Below, one piece after another: positions 39,338 through 48,942 of a stretch of 64,000 nt of DNA (position 1 is its first letter; each line of letters starts with the position of its first letter). Source of the stretch: a virus; IMG/VR virus record IMGVR_UViG_3300031857_000029; one strand, given 5' to 3'. Position numbers and translations under genes: made by a program. The notes beneath the pieces are model-generated. The model was given only the letters and a program-made list of their open reading frames with translations, was not told the origin of the DNA and did no database searches.

Positions 39338-42121
39338 CTAGTCCGTCCCTAATTTCTTCTTCAATTCATCAATTTGTTTTTGTTGTTCTTTGATTGCTTC
39401 AATCAGTAATCCAACTATATTGCCATAGGCAACGGAATATTGGTCAATATCTTTTGCATAACTAACCACTTCTGGAATCACTTTCAATGTTTCTTGTGCG
39501 ATTACACCGATACCTCGTTTGTCTTTATCCTTCCAATCAAAGTATACACCACGAAGTTCCATTACTTTCTTTAATGCATCTTGAATAGTTACAATATTTT
39601 TCTTTGCTCGTTCATCAGAATACGCGGTGATATTGTCGGTTCCATAGATTTCGCCGTTCACGTGAAGTGGGTACGATGGAGCACCGCCGATACCCAATCG
39701 ACTATTGGCACTATCCCATCGTAGATTTGCGTAGCTGGTTAACGTAGTTGCTCCAGAGAAAACTGCTACACGGTCTGCCGTACCACCACTAATCGTTCCT
39801 GCGCCGGAAGTACCAGCGGTCCCCGATACTCCCGATGTGCCGGATGACCCGCTGGTTCCGTTGGCACCATTTGCTCCAGAAGTACCAGAACTGCCACTCG
39901 TACCATTTGCTCCAGATGTTCCTGAGCTACCCGATGACCCAGGCGCACCATTGTTACCAGATGTTCCTGATGAGCCACTTGATCCTGGTGCGCCATTGTT
40001 ACCAGAGGTACCAGAGGTACCAGAACTGCCGGATGAACCAGGCGCTCCATTATTTCCTGAGGTACCTGAACTACCTGTTCCTCCACTTGTACCGGATGTT
40101 CCTCCACTACCAGACACACCTGGGAGTCCCATAGCACCATCTCTACCAGATGAACCCGATGAACCCGAGGTGCCTGATGTTCCTGTAGAACCACTACTTC
40201 CAGATGTTCCCGATGTACCAGAACTTCCGCTTGTTCCTGCCGTTCCACTACTTCCTGCGGTTCCCGATGTTCCCGCACTTCCCGATGTGCCTGATGTTCC
40301 TGCCGAACCACTGGTGCCAGTTGTTCCAGAACTTCCGCTTGTTCCCGTTGTTCCAGAACTTCCACTTGTGCCCGTAGTTCCTGAACTACCCGAAGTGCCG
40401 CTAGTACCACTACTTCCGCTTGTTCCATTTTGACCAGATGTGCCTGAGCTTCCATTTTGCCCTGATGTACCGGCACTTCCGCTTGTTCCTGTTGAACCTG
40501 AACTGCCTGAAGTTCCCGTGCTACCGCTTGAGCCAGATGTTCCACTTGTTCCTGAACTACCGTTTATGCCAGATGTTCCAGAACTTCCGCCGCCACCTGT
40601 TGGACCCGGTAATCCCATTGCCCCATCGCGGCCAGAACTGCCAGAAGTACCTGATGTTCCACTTGTGCCCGCGGACCCAGATGTACCAGCAGTGCCACTT
40701 GTTCCAGAACTACCAGAAGTTCCAGTTGAGCCTGAACTACCAGCTGTGCCAGAAGACCCAGATGAACCTGAGGTACCTTGGACTCCAGATGTTCCAGAAC
40801 TACCATCAAAATAGTTAACGTTTTTTATCGGTGTGTATCCAGATGAACCCGCAGTGCCAGAACTACCGGCGGTCCCCGATGTTCCACTGGTTCCTGCTGT
40901 ACCGGATGTACCCACAGGTAGTTGTGCAACAATTAATAAAACATTTTCATCATTTGAGAATGAATATGTTGATTGAACTAATACTATTGGGAATGTCCAG
41001 TACGCATTGGGTCCAGTTTCTACACCAGTCCCCACCGTCCATTTTTGAAAATTACTTGAATTGTCCGCATCTTGTATTACTATCAACGACCCTGATGGGA
41101 TGATAGCTAAGAAAATATCTATATCTTCATTATTTTGGTCTAAATGGCTTACGACAAGTTCCGTAGCTGATGCTTGTGTAGCGTTGTTCCAGAGGATATG
41201 ACCACTACCAGGATTACCTGATGTTGCATTTGTGTTTGCTTGATATGGGAACAAGTCATTGGACTGTCCGTCTTTACCACTAGTTCCAGCTGTACCAGAT
41301 GTGCCCCCACTACCCGACACGCCGGGTAACCCCATAGCACCATCACGACCTGAGCTGCCTGATGACCCCGATGTTCCTGCGCTACCAGAAGTACCCGAGC
41401 TACCAGAGGTACCTGAAGTTCCTGAACTACCTCCAGTACCAGATGACCCCGAAGTACCAGAACTTCCAGTAGTTCCAGAAGTACCAGAAGTACCATTTAT
41501 GCCAGAGGAGCCTGACGAGCCAGCGGTACCAGCGGTTCCACCACCGCCGACTGGGCCTGGAAGCCCCATTGCGCCGTCACGGCCGGAACTACCCGATGTT
41601 CCTGTACTTCCAGAAGTACCAGATGTACCATCTCGTCCAGAAGAACCCGATGTACCCGGATTACCTTGATTACCTTGTATACCAGGAAGACCCATTGCTC
41701 CATCTCTTCCACTTGAGCCTGAGGTTCCTGCCGTTCCTGCCGTTCCAGATGTACCATCTGCTCCAGATGTACCAGAACTACCACCGCCACCTACTGGACC
41801 TGGAAGCCCCATAGCTCCATCTCTACCAGAACTACCTGATGAACCTGATGAACCTGGTGCTCCGTTTGCGCCACTAGTACCGCTGGTACCAAATGTTTCT
41901 CCACTAGTTCCACTACTACCCGCAGAAGAACCGCCGCCTACACCAGCGATTAGATATCCACCGGGTTTATTGTCGCCGGCGTGTAATCGAATAACTCCAA
42001 ATCCACTTGCTGTTGTGGATTCTATATCCGCAGTAAGAACGCCAGGCAATCCAACATACGCAGCGTTAGACCCTGACGTTCCTCGTAATATCTGAAATTC
42101 TGTGATATTATTATTTGGCAT
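39338..42121 (-). CDS. collagen-like (Gly-Ser/Thr) tail fibre with C-terminal peptidase S74 chaperone
   Basis: Long G-X-Y tracts (GTS, GSS, GTA), internal globular domain, YSDERAKKNI...GVIAQE...YGNIVGLLIEAIKE. Confidence 0.9.
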   Translation of the reverse strand: MPNNNITEFQILRGTSGSNAAYVGLPGVLTADIESTTASGFGVIRLHAGDNKPGGYLIAGVGGGSSAGSSGTSGETFGTSGTSGANGAPGSSGSSGSSGRDGAMGLPGPVGGGGSSGTSGADGTSGTAGTAGTSGSSGRDGAMGLPGIQGNQGNPGTSGSSGRDGTSGTSGSTGTSGSSGRDGAMGLPGPVGGGGTAGTAGSSGSSGINGTSGTSGTTGSSGTSGSSGTGGSSGTSGTSGSSGTSGSAGTSGSSGSSGRDGAMGLPGVSGSGGTSGTAGTSGKDGQSNDLFPYQANTNATSGNPGSGHILWNNATQASATELVVSHLDQNNEDIDIFLAIIPSGSLIVIQDADNSSNFQKWTVGTGVETGPNAYWTFPIVLVQSTYSFSNDENVLLIVAQLPVGTSGTAGTSGTSGTAGSSGTAGSSGYTPIKNVNYFDGSSGTSGVQGTSGSSGSSGTAGSSGSTGTSGSSGTSGTAGTSGSAGTSGTSGTSGSSGRDGAMGLPGPTGGGGSSGTSGINGSSGTSGTSGSSGSTGTSGSSGSTGTSGSAGTSGQNGSSGTSGQNGTSGSSGTSGTSGSSGTTGTSGSSGTTGTSGSSGTTGTSGSAGTSGTSGSAGTSGTAGSSGTAGTSGSSGTSGTSGSSGSTGTSGTSGSSGSSGRDGAMGLPGVSGSGGTSGTSGGTGSSGTSGNNGAPGSSGSSGTSGTSGNNGAPGSSGSSGTSGNNGAPGSSGSSGTSGANGTSGSSGTSGANGANGTSGSSGTSGVSGTAGTSGAGTISGGTADRVAVFSGATTLTSYANLRWDSANSRLGIGGAPSYPLHVNGEIYGTDNITAYSDERAKKNIVTIQDALKKVMELRGVYFDWKDKDKRGIGVIAQETLKVIPEVVSYAKDIDQYSVAYGNIVGLLIEAIKEQQKQIDELKKKLGTD
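39810..41930 (-). repeat. coding G-X-Y repeat region with six GRDGAMGLPG units
   Basis: 9-nt periodicity; synonymous divergence between units. Confidence 0.9.
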
Positions 42122-42209
42122 AGATTCCTAATAAATCGTTATAAAATACACTCCCTATAAATATCTGATTATAACGGGTTTATCCAATTATTACCCTATT
42201 ACGGACCAA

Positions 42210-42267
42210 AATCTTAATGAAATCTTAATGTTCATGCACTTTACTTTTTCTTCTATTATAGTAGATT
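42210..42267 (+). promoter_or_regulatory. direct-repeat box plus sigma70-like promoter of the vWA gene
   Basis: AATCTTAATGAAATCTTAATG, 9 nt, TTTACT-16-TAGATT. Confidence 0.7.
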
Positions 42268-42296
42268 TATAGTATACCTCTTAACCACGGGATTTT

Positions 42297-44441
42297 ATGA
42301 CCAAGCACAAAGCACACAGTTCCTATTGGGTTGACGATACTTCCGTCTTTGATTTCGATACGGAGGATGTCAATAAGGATGAGCTTGACGTTTCTGCGGG
42401 TATTGACCGTATCGTGAAGCTTGCTACGATTCGTCGAGCTGTTGCCAACTTCGTTCGTATTCTCACGAATGATTCTTCTATTCATGTTAAGTATTCGTCA
42501 GGTCGGGATTCATACACCGATGGTAAGACGGTGGTGATTTCGGCTGACCACAATACTTCAAACTTTGACCCGATGGTTGGTCTTGCTTTGCATGAAGGGT
42601 CGCACTGTCTCCTTTCTGATTTCGGTTTCCTTCGTGCGATTAATCAACATCACGAAGTGTTCTACTCTGCGCTTCATCCCGACCTTCGGAAGTTGGTGAA
42701 GGTGAAGGCGGTTCGTGACGGTAATTATGATGTTTATGACAACATGCGTGAGAATCAGGCTATTCTCAATACACTTCGTCGGTATATTCAGCAGTTGATG
42801 AATATCATTGAGGACCGCCGTATTGATTCGTATGTGTATCGTTCGGCTCCTGGCTATCGTCCGTACTATGATGCGATGTATAAGAAGTATTTCTTTAATT
42901 CTGATGTGGAAAAGAATCTCCAGTTCAATCCCGACTGGCGTAAGCCGACTGTGGAGAATTATGTGAATTGGCTTCTTATGATTTTCTCTCCGCACTTTGA
43001 CAAGAAGGCGTTGCCGGGGCTGTCCAAGATGGTAGATATGATTGACCTCCAGAACATTCGTCGTTTTGATGAGAAGCATATGCCGGATTCTATCCGATGG
43101 AAGAAGTCTGGTGCGGTTGTATCCAATCCTGTTGCTGATAATGAACTTGTTGTTTACCATTATGACCAGTTCCCGCTTCTGTGGAAGACTGCGAACGAGC
43201 TGATGGTGGAGATTCTCAAGCGCGCCAAGTTCTATGCTGACCAAGAGGATGAGAACAATTCTGGCGATGATGGAATGGATGGTATTCCTATTGAGATGGA
43301 AGATGATGGCAAGGAGCTGGAGGGTGAGGGGATGCCGAATTATGACCTTCCACAGAAGAAGTTTAATGCGGGTAGGGGTAAGAAGGCAATGGAGAAGATG
43401 AAGGACATTCAGAATCAGACTGCTCGTAAGAAGAAAATTAAGAAGAATGAGCAGACGCAGATTGAGTCTATGGAATCTGCGGCGGCTGAAATGTCGGAGA
43501 ATTCTGACCCGATTTATGGAAAGGTTCCGTGCCTCGTTACGAAGAAGCTCACGAAGGAAATTATGAAGTCGGATTGGTTCCCATTTGCGAATGTGTGGGC
43601 GTTTAGTGGTGATGGTACGTGGCGCGACTCTGACCGTAACCAGACCTATCGTGGATTCCTTGCTGGGATTCGTATGGGACAGGTTCTCGCTCATAAGTTG
43701 CAGGTTCGTAACGAGCCGCAGATTACACACTTTACTCGTCAAGAGCATGGGAAGATTGACCGCCGTATCCTCTCGCAGTTGGGAATGGATATTGAGAATG
43801 TGTTCAAGCGGACTACGGTTGATTCGTACAATCCGGCTCTTCTCTATCTGTCGGTGGATGCCTCTGGTTCGATGTGGGGTGGCAAGTGGGAGCGTGTGAT
43901 GACGGTGATGACGGCTCTTGCCTTCGCCGCTGATAAGATTCGTAATCTTGATGTGGTGATTTCGCTCCGTGGAAATGTCGGTAGTGGGATTCCGACTGTG
44001 GCGGTTGTGTATGATAGCCGTGTAGATACGTTCGTCAAGGCGAAGGCACTGTTCCCATACCTTGCGTCTAACGGTTCTACTCCTGAGGGATTGTGCTACC
44101 ACAGCACGATTGAGTTGATGCAGGAGTGTGTCAAGACGCACACGGTATACTTCATCAACTTCTCTGATGGTGAGCCGGGGTGCTCGTTCAGCCACAACGG
44201 AAAGCGGTTTGACTATGGTGGTGAGCAGGCGATGAAGCAGACCAAGAATACGGTTCGTATCATGCGTGAGATGGGGATTCGTATTATGAGTTACTTCATT
44301 AGTGACTATCATTCTCACAATGAGTCCTACACGACGAAGTTCTTCCGCAATATGTATGGGCAAGAGGCGGAGTTCGTGGATGTAAAGAATGTGGTGAATG
44401 TTCTTAAGACCTTGAACAAGCTCCTACTGATTAAGGAATAA
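42297..44441 (+). CDS. vWA-domain protein with N-terminal HEXXH domain (CobT-like partner of MoxR AAA+)
   Basis: LHEGSH, NIIEDRRID, GKIDRR, VDASGSM, GSTPEG, NFSDGEP. Confidence 0.85.
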   Translation: MTKHKAHSSYWVDDTSVFDFDTEDVNKDELDVSAGIDRIVKLATIRRAVANFVRILTNDSSIHVKYSSGRDSYTDGKTVVISADHNTSNFDPMVGLALHEGSHCLLSDFGFLRAINQHHEVFYSALHPDLRKLVKVKAVRDGNYDVYDNMRENQAILNTLRRYIQQLMNIIEDRRIDSYVYRSAPGYRPYYDAMYKKYFFNSDVEKNLQFNPDWRKPTVENYVNWLLMIFSPHFDKKALPGLSKMVDMIDLQNIRRFDEKHMPDSIRWKKSGAVVSNPVADNELVVYHYDQFPLLWKTANELMVEILKRAKFYADQEDENNSGDDGMDGIPIEMEDDGKELEGEGMPNYDLPQKKFNAGRGKKAMEKMKDIQNQTARKKKIKKNEQTQIESMESAAAEMSENSDPIYGKVPCLVTKKLTKEIMKSDWFPFANVWAFSGDGTWRDSDRNQTYRGFLAGIRMGQVLAHKLQVRNEPQITHFTRQEHGKIDRRILSQLGMDIENVFKRTTVDSYNPALLYLSVDASGSMWGGKWERVMTVMTALAFAADKIRNLDVVISLRGNVGSGIPTVAVVYDSRVDTFVKAKALFPYLASNGSTPEGLCYHSTIELMQECVKTHTVYFINFSDGEPGCSFSHNGKRFDYGGEQAMKQTKNTVRIMREMGIRIMSYFISDYHSHNESYTTKFFRNMYGQEAEFVDVKNVVNVLKTLNKLLLIKE

Positions 44442-44460
44442 AAGAATAAATCGGAAATAG

Positions 44461-44490
44461 GAAACCTCCACAGAAATGTGGGGGTTTTCT
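44461..44490 (+). terminator. intrinsic terminator
   Basis: GAAACCTCCACA-GAAA-TGTGGGGGTTTT. Confidence 0.75.
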
Positions 44491-44533
44491 GTTATTATAT
44501 CCTATTTATATATTGACCTCTTTAGGTGATTAT

Positions 44534-45907
44534 ATGACACAGCACAAGATTGTAAAAATACCAGATTGGGTAACGCCAGAATCGGAAACATTTTTAAATG
44601 AAGTAGGCTTACAAGGTTGGGAATTGGTGCATTTGTACAATCAACATGCGTACATGAAAGCTTCAACTGCTGGAACCTTAGCAAGTGGTTCTACAAGTAC
44701 GGCGGTGGATGCATTTGGTCGTCAACGTGTGTCCGAAGTTTATACACTAAATGATTACAAACACATTTATGCAATTGACAATAACTTCGTTGATTTCACC
44801 GCATCGAATGGAACGATAACATTTAATCCAAATCGTTCATCGGTAACCCTCGCTGTTCCAGCGACATCAGGAAGTCGTGCAGTACATCAAACAAAGATGT
44901 ATCACAACTATATGCCGGGAAAGAGTCAATTAATTCTTAGCAGTGTTGTAATGGGTGCAGCACAAGCTGGAGTCATTAAACGCACTGGATATTATGATGA
45001 CCACAATGGTATCTTCATTGAACAAGACCAAACAGGTAGTTTACAACTTGTTATTCGTTCATCTACTAATGGCACTGGGTCAATAACAGAAGAACGAGTT
45101 AAACAAGAAAACTGGAGTATCAATACACTACTCTCTGGTGATTTCGTACTTGATATTACCAAATCACAACTCTTCTATATTGATTTCCAATGGTTAGCAG
45201 TTGGTCGTGTTCGTTGTGGATTCGTATATAAAGGAAGCACGGTTATCTGTCATACCTTTGACCACTCAAATACAACTGCGGTGGCATATATGACGAACCC
45301 AAATCTTCCTATTCGTTGTGAAGTCATCAACACATCCACAGCTTCTACAGGAAGTATGGAACAAATCTGTTCGACGGTTGGTAGTGAAGGTGGATATATG
45401 GAAAGTGGGATTGCACAAGCACTGAGTAGTCCATCCCTTCGTAGTTTAACGTCCAGTGCAACGATGCCTGTGATGGCCGTTCGATTAAAAAATTCATATT
45501 CGGGATTACCAAATCGTGCATTCGTTCGTGTGACCAGTGTTGGTGCATTTACAGAAAGTCAAACGGTGCAATATCAATTAGTAAAACTTCCAGCGTCCTC
45601 CTCACTTATTGGCGGTAGTTGGGTGTCGGTAGGTGATAATTCTGTTGTTGAATATAACACCACCGCAACTTCGTATGGATTAACTAGTGGTAGTGCATTA
45701 CTTGGTGGATTTATTTTCGCAGGTGGTGTTGGTGGTGGTAATAATATCGCCGGACAACAACAAACACCTGGTATTGATACCCGCGTTAATTTCATCGCCC
45801 AAAACTATAATAGTGATAATAGTGAAATTTATATACTTGCTGTAAAAAATATGACTACCAGCACTACCAACATTGGTGGTACTATAATGTGGAGAGAAGT
45901 TTACTAA
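44534..45907 (+). CDS. probable virion protein with N-terminal DUF4177-like segment
   Basis: LNEVGLQGWELV N-terminus; DAFGRQRVS, YMPGKSQ, IDFQWL.VGRVR.GF, NLPIRCE motifs. Confidence 0.65.
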   Translation: MTQHKIVKIPDWVTPESETFLNEVGLQGWELVHLYNQHAYMKASTAGTLASGSTSTAVDAFGRQRVSEVYTLNDYKHIYAIDNNFVDFTASNGTITFNPNRSSVTLAVPATSGSRAVHQTKMYHNYMPGKSQLILSSVVMGAAQAGVIKRTGYYDDHNGIFIEQDQTGSLQLVIRSSTNGTGSITEERVKQENWSINTLLSGDFVLDITKSQLFYIDFQWLAVGRVRCGFVYKGSTVICHTFDHSNTTAVAYMTNPNLPIRCEVINTSTASTGSMEQICSTVGSEGGYMESGIAQALSSPSLRSLTSSATMPVMAVRLKNSYSGLPNRAFVRVTSVGAFTESQTVQYQLVKLPASSSLIGGSWVSVGDNSVVEYNTTATSYGLTSGSALLGGFIFAGGVGGGNNIAGQQQTPGIDTRVNFIAQNYNSDNSEIYILAVKNMTTSTTNIGGTIMWREVY

Positions 45908-45947
45908 TTTTCTTGATATTTATAATCACACTTAACTGAGTAATAAT

Positions 45948-46145
45948 ATGGCCGGATTCTGGTATAAAGTCGAAGTCATGCCTTCTGGGTCTGCTAACCT
46001 CACTTCGTGGTTAGATACCCAAGGAGCAAGTAAATGGCAATTAGTACAAGTTATTCCCACCTCTACTGTCATTACCAGTGGTAGCGGGACATCTACTGTC
46101 ACAAGTGGTCAAGTACTTTGCTATTTCATTTCTGGTTCAAATTAA
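45948..46145 (+). CDS. small DUF4177-like protein
   Basis: YKV....L..WLD.QGA.KWQLVQV.....LCYF. Confidence 0.55.
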   Translation: MAGFWYKVEVMPSGSANLTSWLDTQGASKWQLVQVIPTSTVITSGSGTSTVTSGQVLCYFISGSN

Positions 46146-46168
46146 TATTTTAATTAATAGTTTATAAT

Positions 46169-46194
46169 AAGGACACCTTCGGGTGTCCTTTTTT
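46169..46194 (+). terminator. intrinsic terminator
   Basis: AAGGACACC-TTCG-GGTGTCCTTTTTT. Confidence 0.85.
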
Positions 46195-46210
46195 ATTACC
46201 TTATATTAGG

Positions 46211-46269
46211 AATCTTAATGAAATCTTAATGTTGGTGAAATTGACAAATACGAGTGTGCGGTATATATT
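46211..46269 (+). promoter_or_regulatory. direct-repeat box plus sigma70 promoter of the AAA+ gene
   Basis: AATCTTAATGAAATCTTAATG, 9 nt, TTGACA-17-TATATT. Confidence 0.8.
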
Positions 46270-46307
46270 TCAGTATGTTCAAAATCACACCAAACTACGA
46301 GGGTTAC

Positions 46308-47471
46308 ATGGATACGATTGTAAAGGTTCTGGATGATATGACTGCTGTTGACGCCAACGGTAAGGATGTGACCCGCAAGGTTCCAGTCCACGCCCGTAAG
46401 CGAGCCCTCCACAATGAGTGTGCTCTTCGTCTGGTCAAGACCAAGACGGGTAAGACGCAGTGGCGTGACACCGACCTTTCCGATTTCGAGGCTCTTGCCA
46501 AGCAGGCGGTTCCGACCAAGCGCACTGGTAATGTGAAGAACGAGTTGGAGAAGGATGTTACCGATTTCCTTTCCAAGTGCGAGGAGTTGAAGCCCGACCA
46601 TCTCATTATCTCGCCGTTGAAGTGGCGGTATCTGATGCGCTCGGTTCTTCGTGGTAAGAATATTCTGATGACTGGTCCTTCGGGTTGTGGTAAGACTCTT
46701 GCCGCTCAGACGATTGCGGGAGCACTGGACGGTCGTGAGTTCTTCTACTTCAATGTCGGTGCGACCCAAGACCCGCGTTCTACTCTTATCGGAAATACCC
46801 ATTACAGCAAGGACAAGGGAACCTTCGTCGCAGAGGCTCTGTTCGTCAAGGCGATTCAGACGCCGAACGCTATCATTCTTCTTGACGAGCTGACCCGTGG
46901 TCACGCTGACGCCTGGAATATTCTGATGACGGTGCTTGACGAGAATCAGCGGTATCTTCGTATTGACGAAATGCCGAATACGCCGACCATCAAGGTGGCG
47001 AAGGGTGTGACCTTTATCGCCACTGCGAACATCGGTGCTGAGTATACTGCAACCCGTGTTCTTGACCGAGCAATGTTGGACCGTTTCGCTTCGATTGTCG
47101 AGATGGAGCCGCTCAGCATGAGTGATGAGGTCACGCTTCTTCAGATGACCTATCCTGAGGTTGAGATTAACCTTCTGGAGTCTATCGCAGAGATTGCTGA
47201 CCACACCAGGCAGCAGGTTCGTAGCGAAGACCCGAAGGTGACCACCTCTATCTCGTCACGTATCACGGTCGAGATGGCGGGTCTATTGAATGATGGGTTC
47301 TCACTTGCGGAGACGGCTGAGGCTTGTATCTATCCCTTCTTCTCAAACGCCGGTGGGAATGACTCTGAGCGGACCTATATGAAGCAGTTGGTCCAGAAGT
47401 ATCTCCCCGTGGCCGGTGGTGCTACTGCTCCGTGGGAGCAGCCGACGAAGAACCCTGCGGACCCCTTTTAA
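46308..47471 (+). CDS. MoxR/CbbQ/CobS-like AAA+ ATPase
   Basis: GPSGCGKT, ILLDELTR, IATANIG.EY...LDRAMLDRF. Confidence 0.9.
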   Translation: MDTIVKVLDDMTAVDANGKDVTRKVPVHARKRALHNECALRLVKTKTGKTQWRDTDLSDFEALAKQAVPTKRTGNVKNELEKDVTDFLSKCEELKPDHLIISPLKWRYLMRSVLRGKNILMTGPSGCGKTLAAQTIAGALDGREFFYFNVGATQDPRSTLIGNTHYSKDKGTFVAEALFVKAIQTPNAIILLDELTRGHADAWNILMTVLDENQRYLRIDEMPNTPTIKVAKGVTFIATANIGAEYTATRVLDRAMLDRFASIVEMEPLSMSDEVTLLQMTYPEVEINLLESIAEIADHTRQQVRSEDPKVTTSISSRITVEMAGLLNDGFSLAETAEACIYPFFSNAGGNDSERTYMKQLVQKYLPVAGGATAPWEQPTKNPADPF

Positions 47472-47480
47472 TACAAATAT

Positions 47481-47795
47481 ATGAAACTCCGTATCAAGTC
47501 CAGTCTAGCCCCTGCCATCGTTCGGGGAACAAAGCATGACCGAATCGTGGCAGGGACTATCTGGGAAGTCAATGGTGAGAAGTGGGACCACTACTTTGTG
47601 GCGGTTACGCCTGGTATCACCTTTGAGCAGATTGAATGGGTACGTAATATTCCCGTTGCAGAATATACAGAGAAGAATGTGTGGAGTACGAAGGGTAACG
47701 AGAAGTATGTAGTGCGTACATACAAGGATGGACGTAAGACTTGCACGTGTTATGGGTTCATGTATCGTAAACAATGTAAACATACAAAGGTGTAA
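47481..47795 (+). CDS. SWIM zinc-finger protein
   Basis: CTCYGFMYRKQCKH. Confidence 0.75.
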   Translation: MKLRIKSSLAPAIVRGTKHDRIVAGTIWEVNGEKWDHYFVAVTPGITFEQIEWVRNIPVAEYTEKNVWSTKGNEKYVVRTYKDGRKTCTCYGFMYRKQCKHTKV

Positions 47796-47796
47796 A

Positions 47797-48138
47797 ATGG
47801 ATATCAGTCAGTTGAAGCAAGAGGCAGCAATTGCCGCAGACCAGATTGAAATTGGATGGGATAAGTTAGAGAACCCCACCTATCGTAAGGATTTTGAACG
47901 CACTCTCATTAAGGCATCTGCCTATGTCCCAGAGTTGGAGGGCTTGTATAAGAAGCTGACTGCGGGAGAAAGTGTGTTGAACTCCGATGAACAGACGCCA
48001 CTTTCCTATGAGGACTTGGAGAAGTATAGCAAGCTGGTGGAAGAGGAGCTCTTTAATGGCTATGTTCTGGAAGCTCTATATAAGAAGTATCGGGCAGTGG
48101 AGAATGTGATTCAGGCTGCTATTGATAATCCAGAGTAA
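47797..48138 (+). CDS. hypothetical protein
   Basis: ORF in operon. Confidence 0.6.
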   Translation: MDISQLKQEAAIAADQIEIGWDKLENPTYRKDFERTLIKASAYVPELEGLYKKLTAGESVLNSDEQTPLSYEDLEKYSKLVEEELFNGYVLEALYKKYRAVENVIQAAIDNPE

Positions 48139-48171
48139 TTGTTAAACACTATTTAATTGAGGAAAAAGAAA

Positions 48172-48471
48172 ATGCACAAAGACGAAATCACCCTATCGGT
48201 CACCTCTTTCAATAAGACGACCAATATCACTCAACCCGACGATATTGATATGCATGAGTTCTTGGATAGCTGCCGGAGCCTCGCTATCGCCGCTGGATAT
48301 CACGAAGATAGCTGGAAGGATGCGGTCATTGAAATGTCTAATGAGTATTTGATTGAGGAAGAGAACCAGACCAATAAGCAGCTAGATGAGGTCTTGGCTC
48401 AGCATAAAGTCTATACGGGCAAGTCCAACCTGACAACCCATTGGGGTCCGCTCAACCCCACCGAGTGTTAA
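48172..48471 (+). CDS. hypothetical protein
   Basis: RBS GAGG. Confidence 0.6.
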   Translation: MHKDEITLSVTSFNKTTNITQPDDIDMHEFLDSCRSLAIAAGYHEDSWKDAVIEMSNEYLIEEENQTNKQLDEVLAQHKVYTGKSNLTTHWGPLNPTEC

Positions 48472-48576
48472 TAAATAGTATTTAATATAGAGTGGTTGAC
48501 AACCTGTGGTCACCCCCACTATATTTAATAATAATGCAAATAGTAGTAATACAGATACGCCTATAAAGGAGGCAGT

Positions 48577-48765
48577 ATGTACACCGGAAGCATAGACCAC
48601 GCCACACATGAACCCCTATATACCTGTTATACCTGTAGTACCCCAGTCGTTCCAGGTAACCCCGGCGTATACTGGAAAGACCACCGGGTATTCTGTAGTG
48701 CAGGTTGTGTCTATACCTACTATGAGGGGGAACCGGCGGCAGAGGCAGAGGACTACCAGCCTTAA
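48577..48765 (+). CDS. small Cys-rich (TRASH/YHS-like) protein
   Basis: CYTC...FCSAGC; RBS AAGGAGG; TTGACA-18-TATATT upstream. Confidence 0.6.
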   Translation: MYTGSIDHATHEPLYTCYTCSTPVVPGNPGVYWKDHRVFCSAGCVYTYYEGEPAAEAEDYQP

Positions 48766-48942
48766 AATAACATATATCTTTAATATATAGTATTATTAAT
48801 TAACGCAATATCGGCTACAGGTGTCGTGATGGTGTCGTTATACCGTCACCCGCAGTTGAAAGGCTCGTGTTCATTCATCGCGAGCAAAATTTTTCCTGAA
48901 GTATAGCGTGTTTTCTATAAAGTCTTTTTCTTGGAGCGTGTT

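Noticed and set aside
39766-41814. Many PEVPEVP-type and alternative-frame ORFs over the fibre gene
   Set aside because: Shadow frames of the G-X-Y repeat; no RBS or independent signals.
42558-44363. 601-aa antisense ORF (and 329-aa at 46215..47204)
   Set aside because: In register with the sense gene and explained by avoidance of TTA/CTA/TCA codons; no recognisable motifs.
42297-47471. Cobalamin biosynthesis (cobS/cobT)
   Set aside because: No cobN or other cob genes; a generic MoxR/vWA chaperone pair is more likely.
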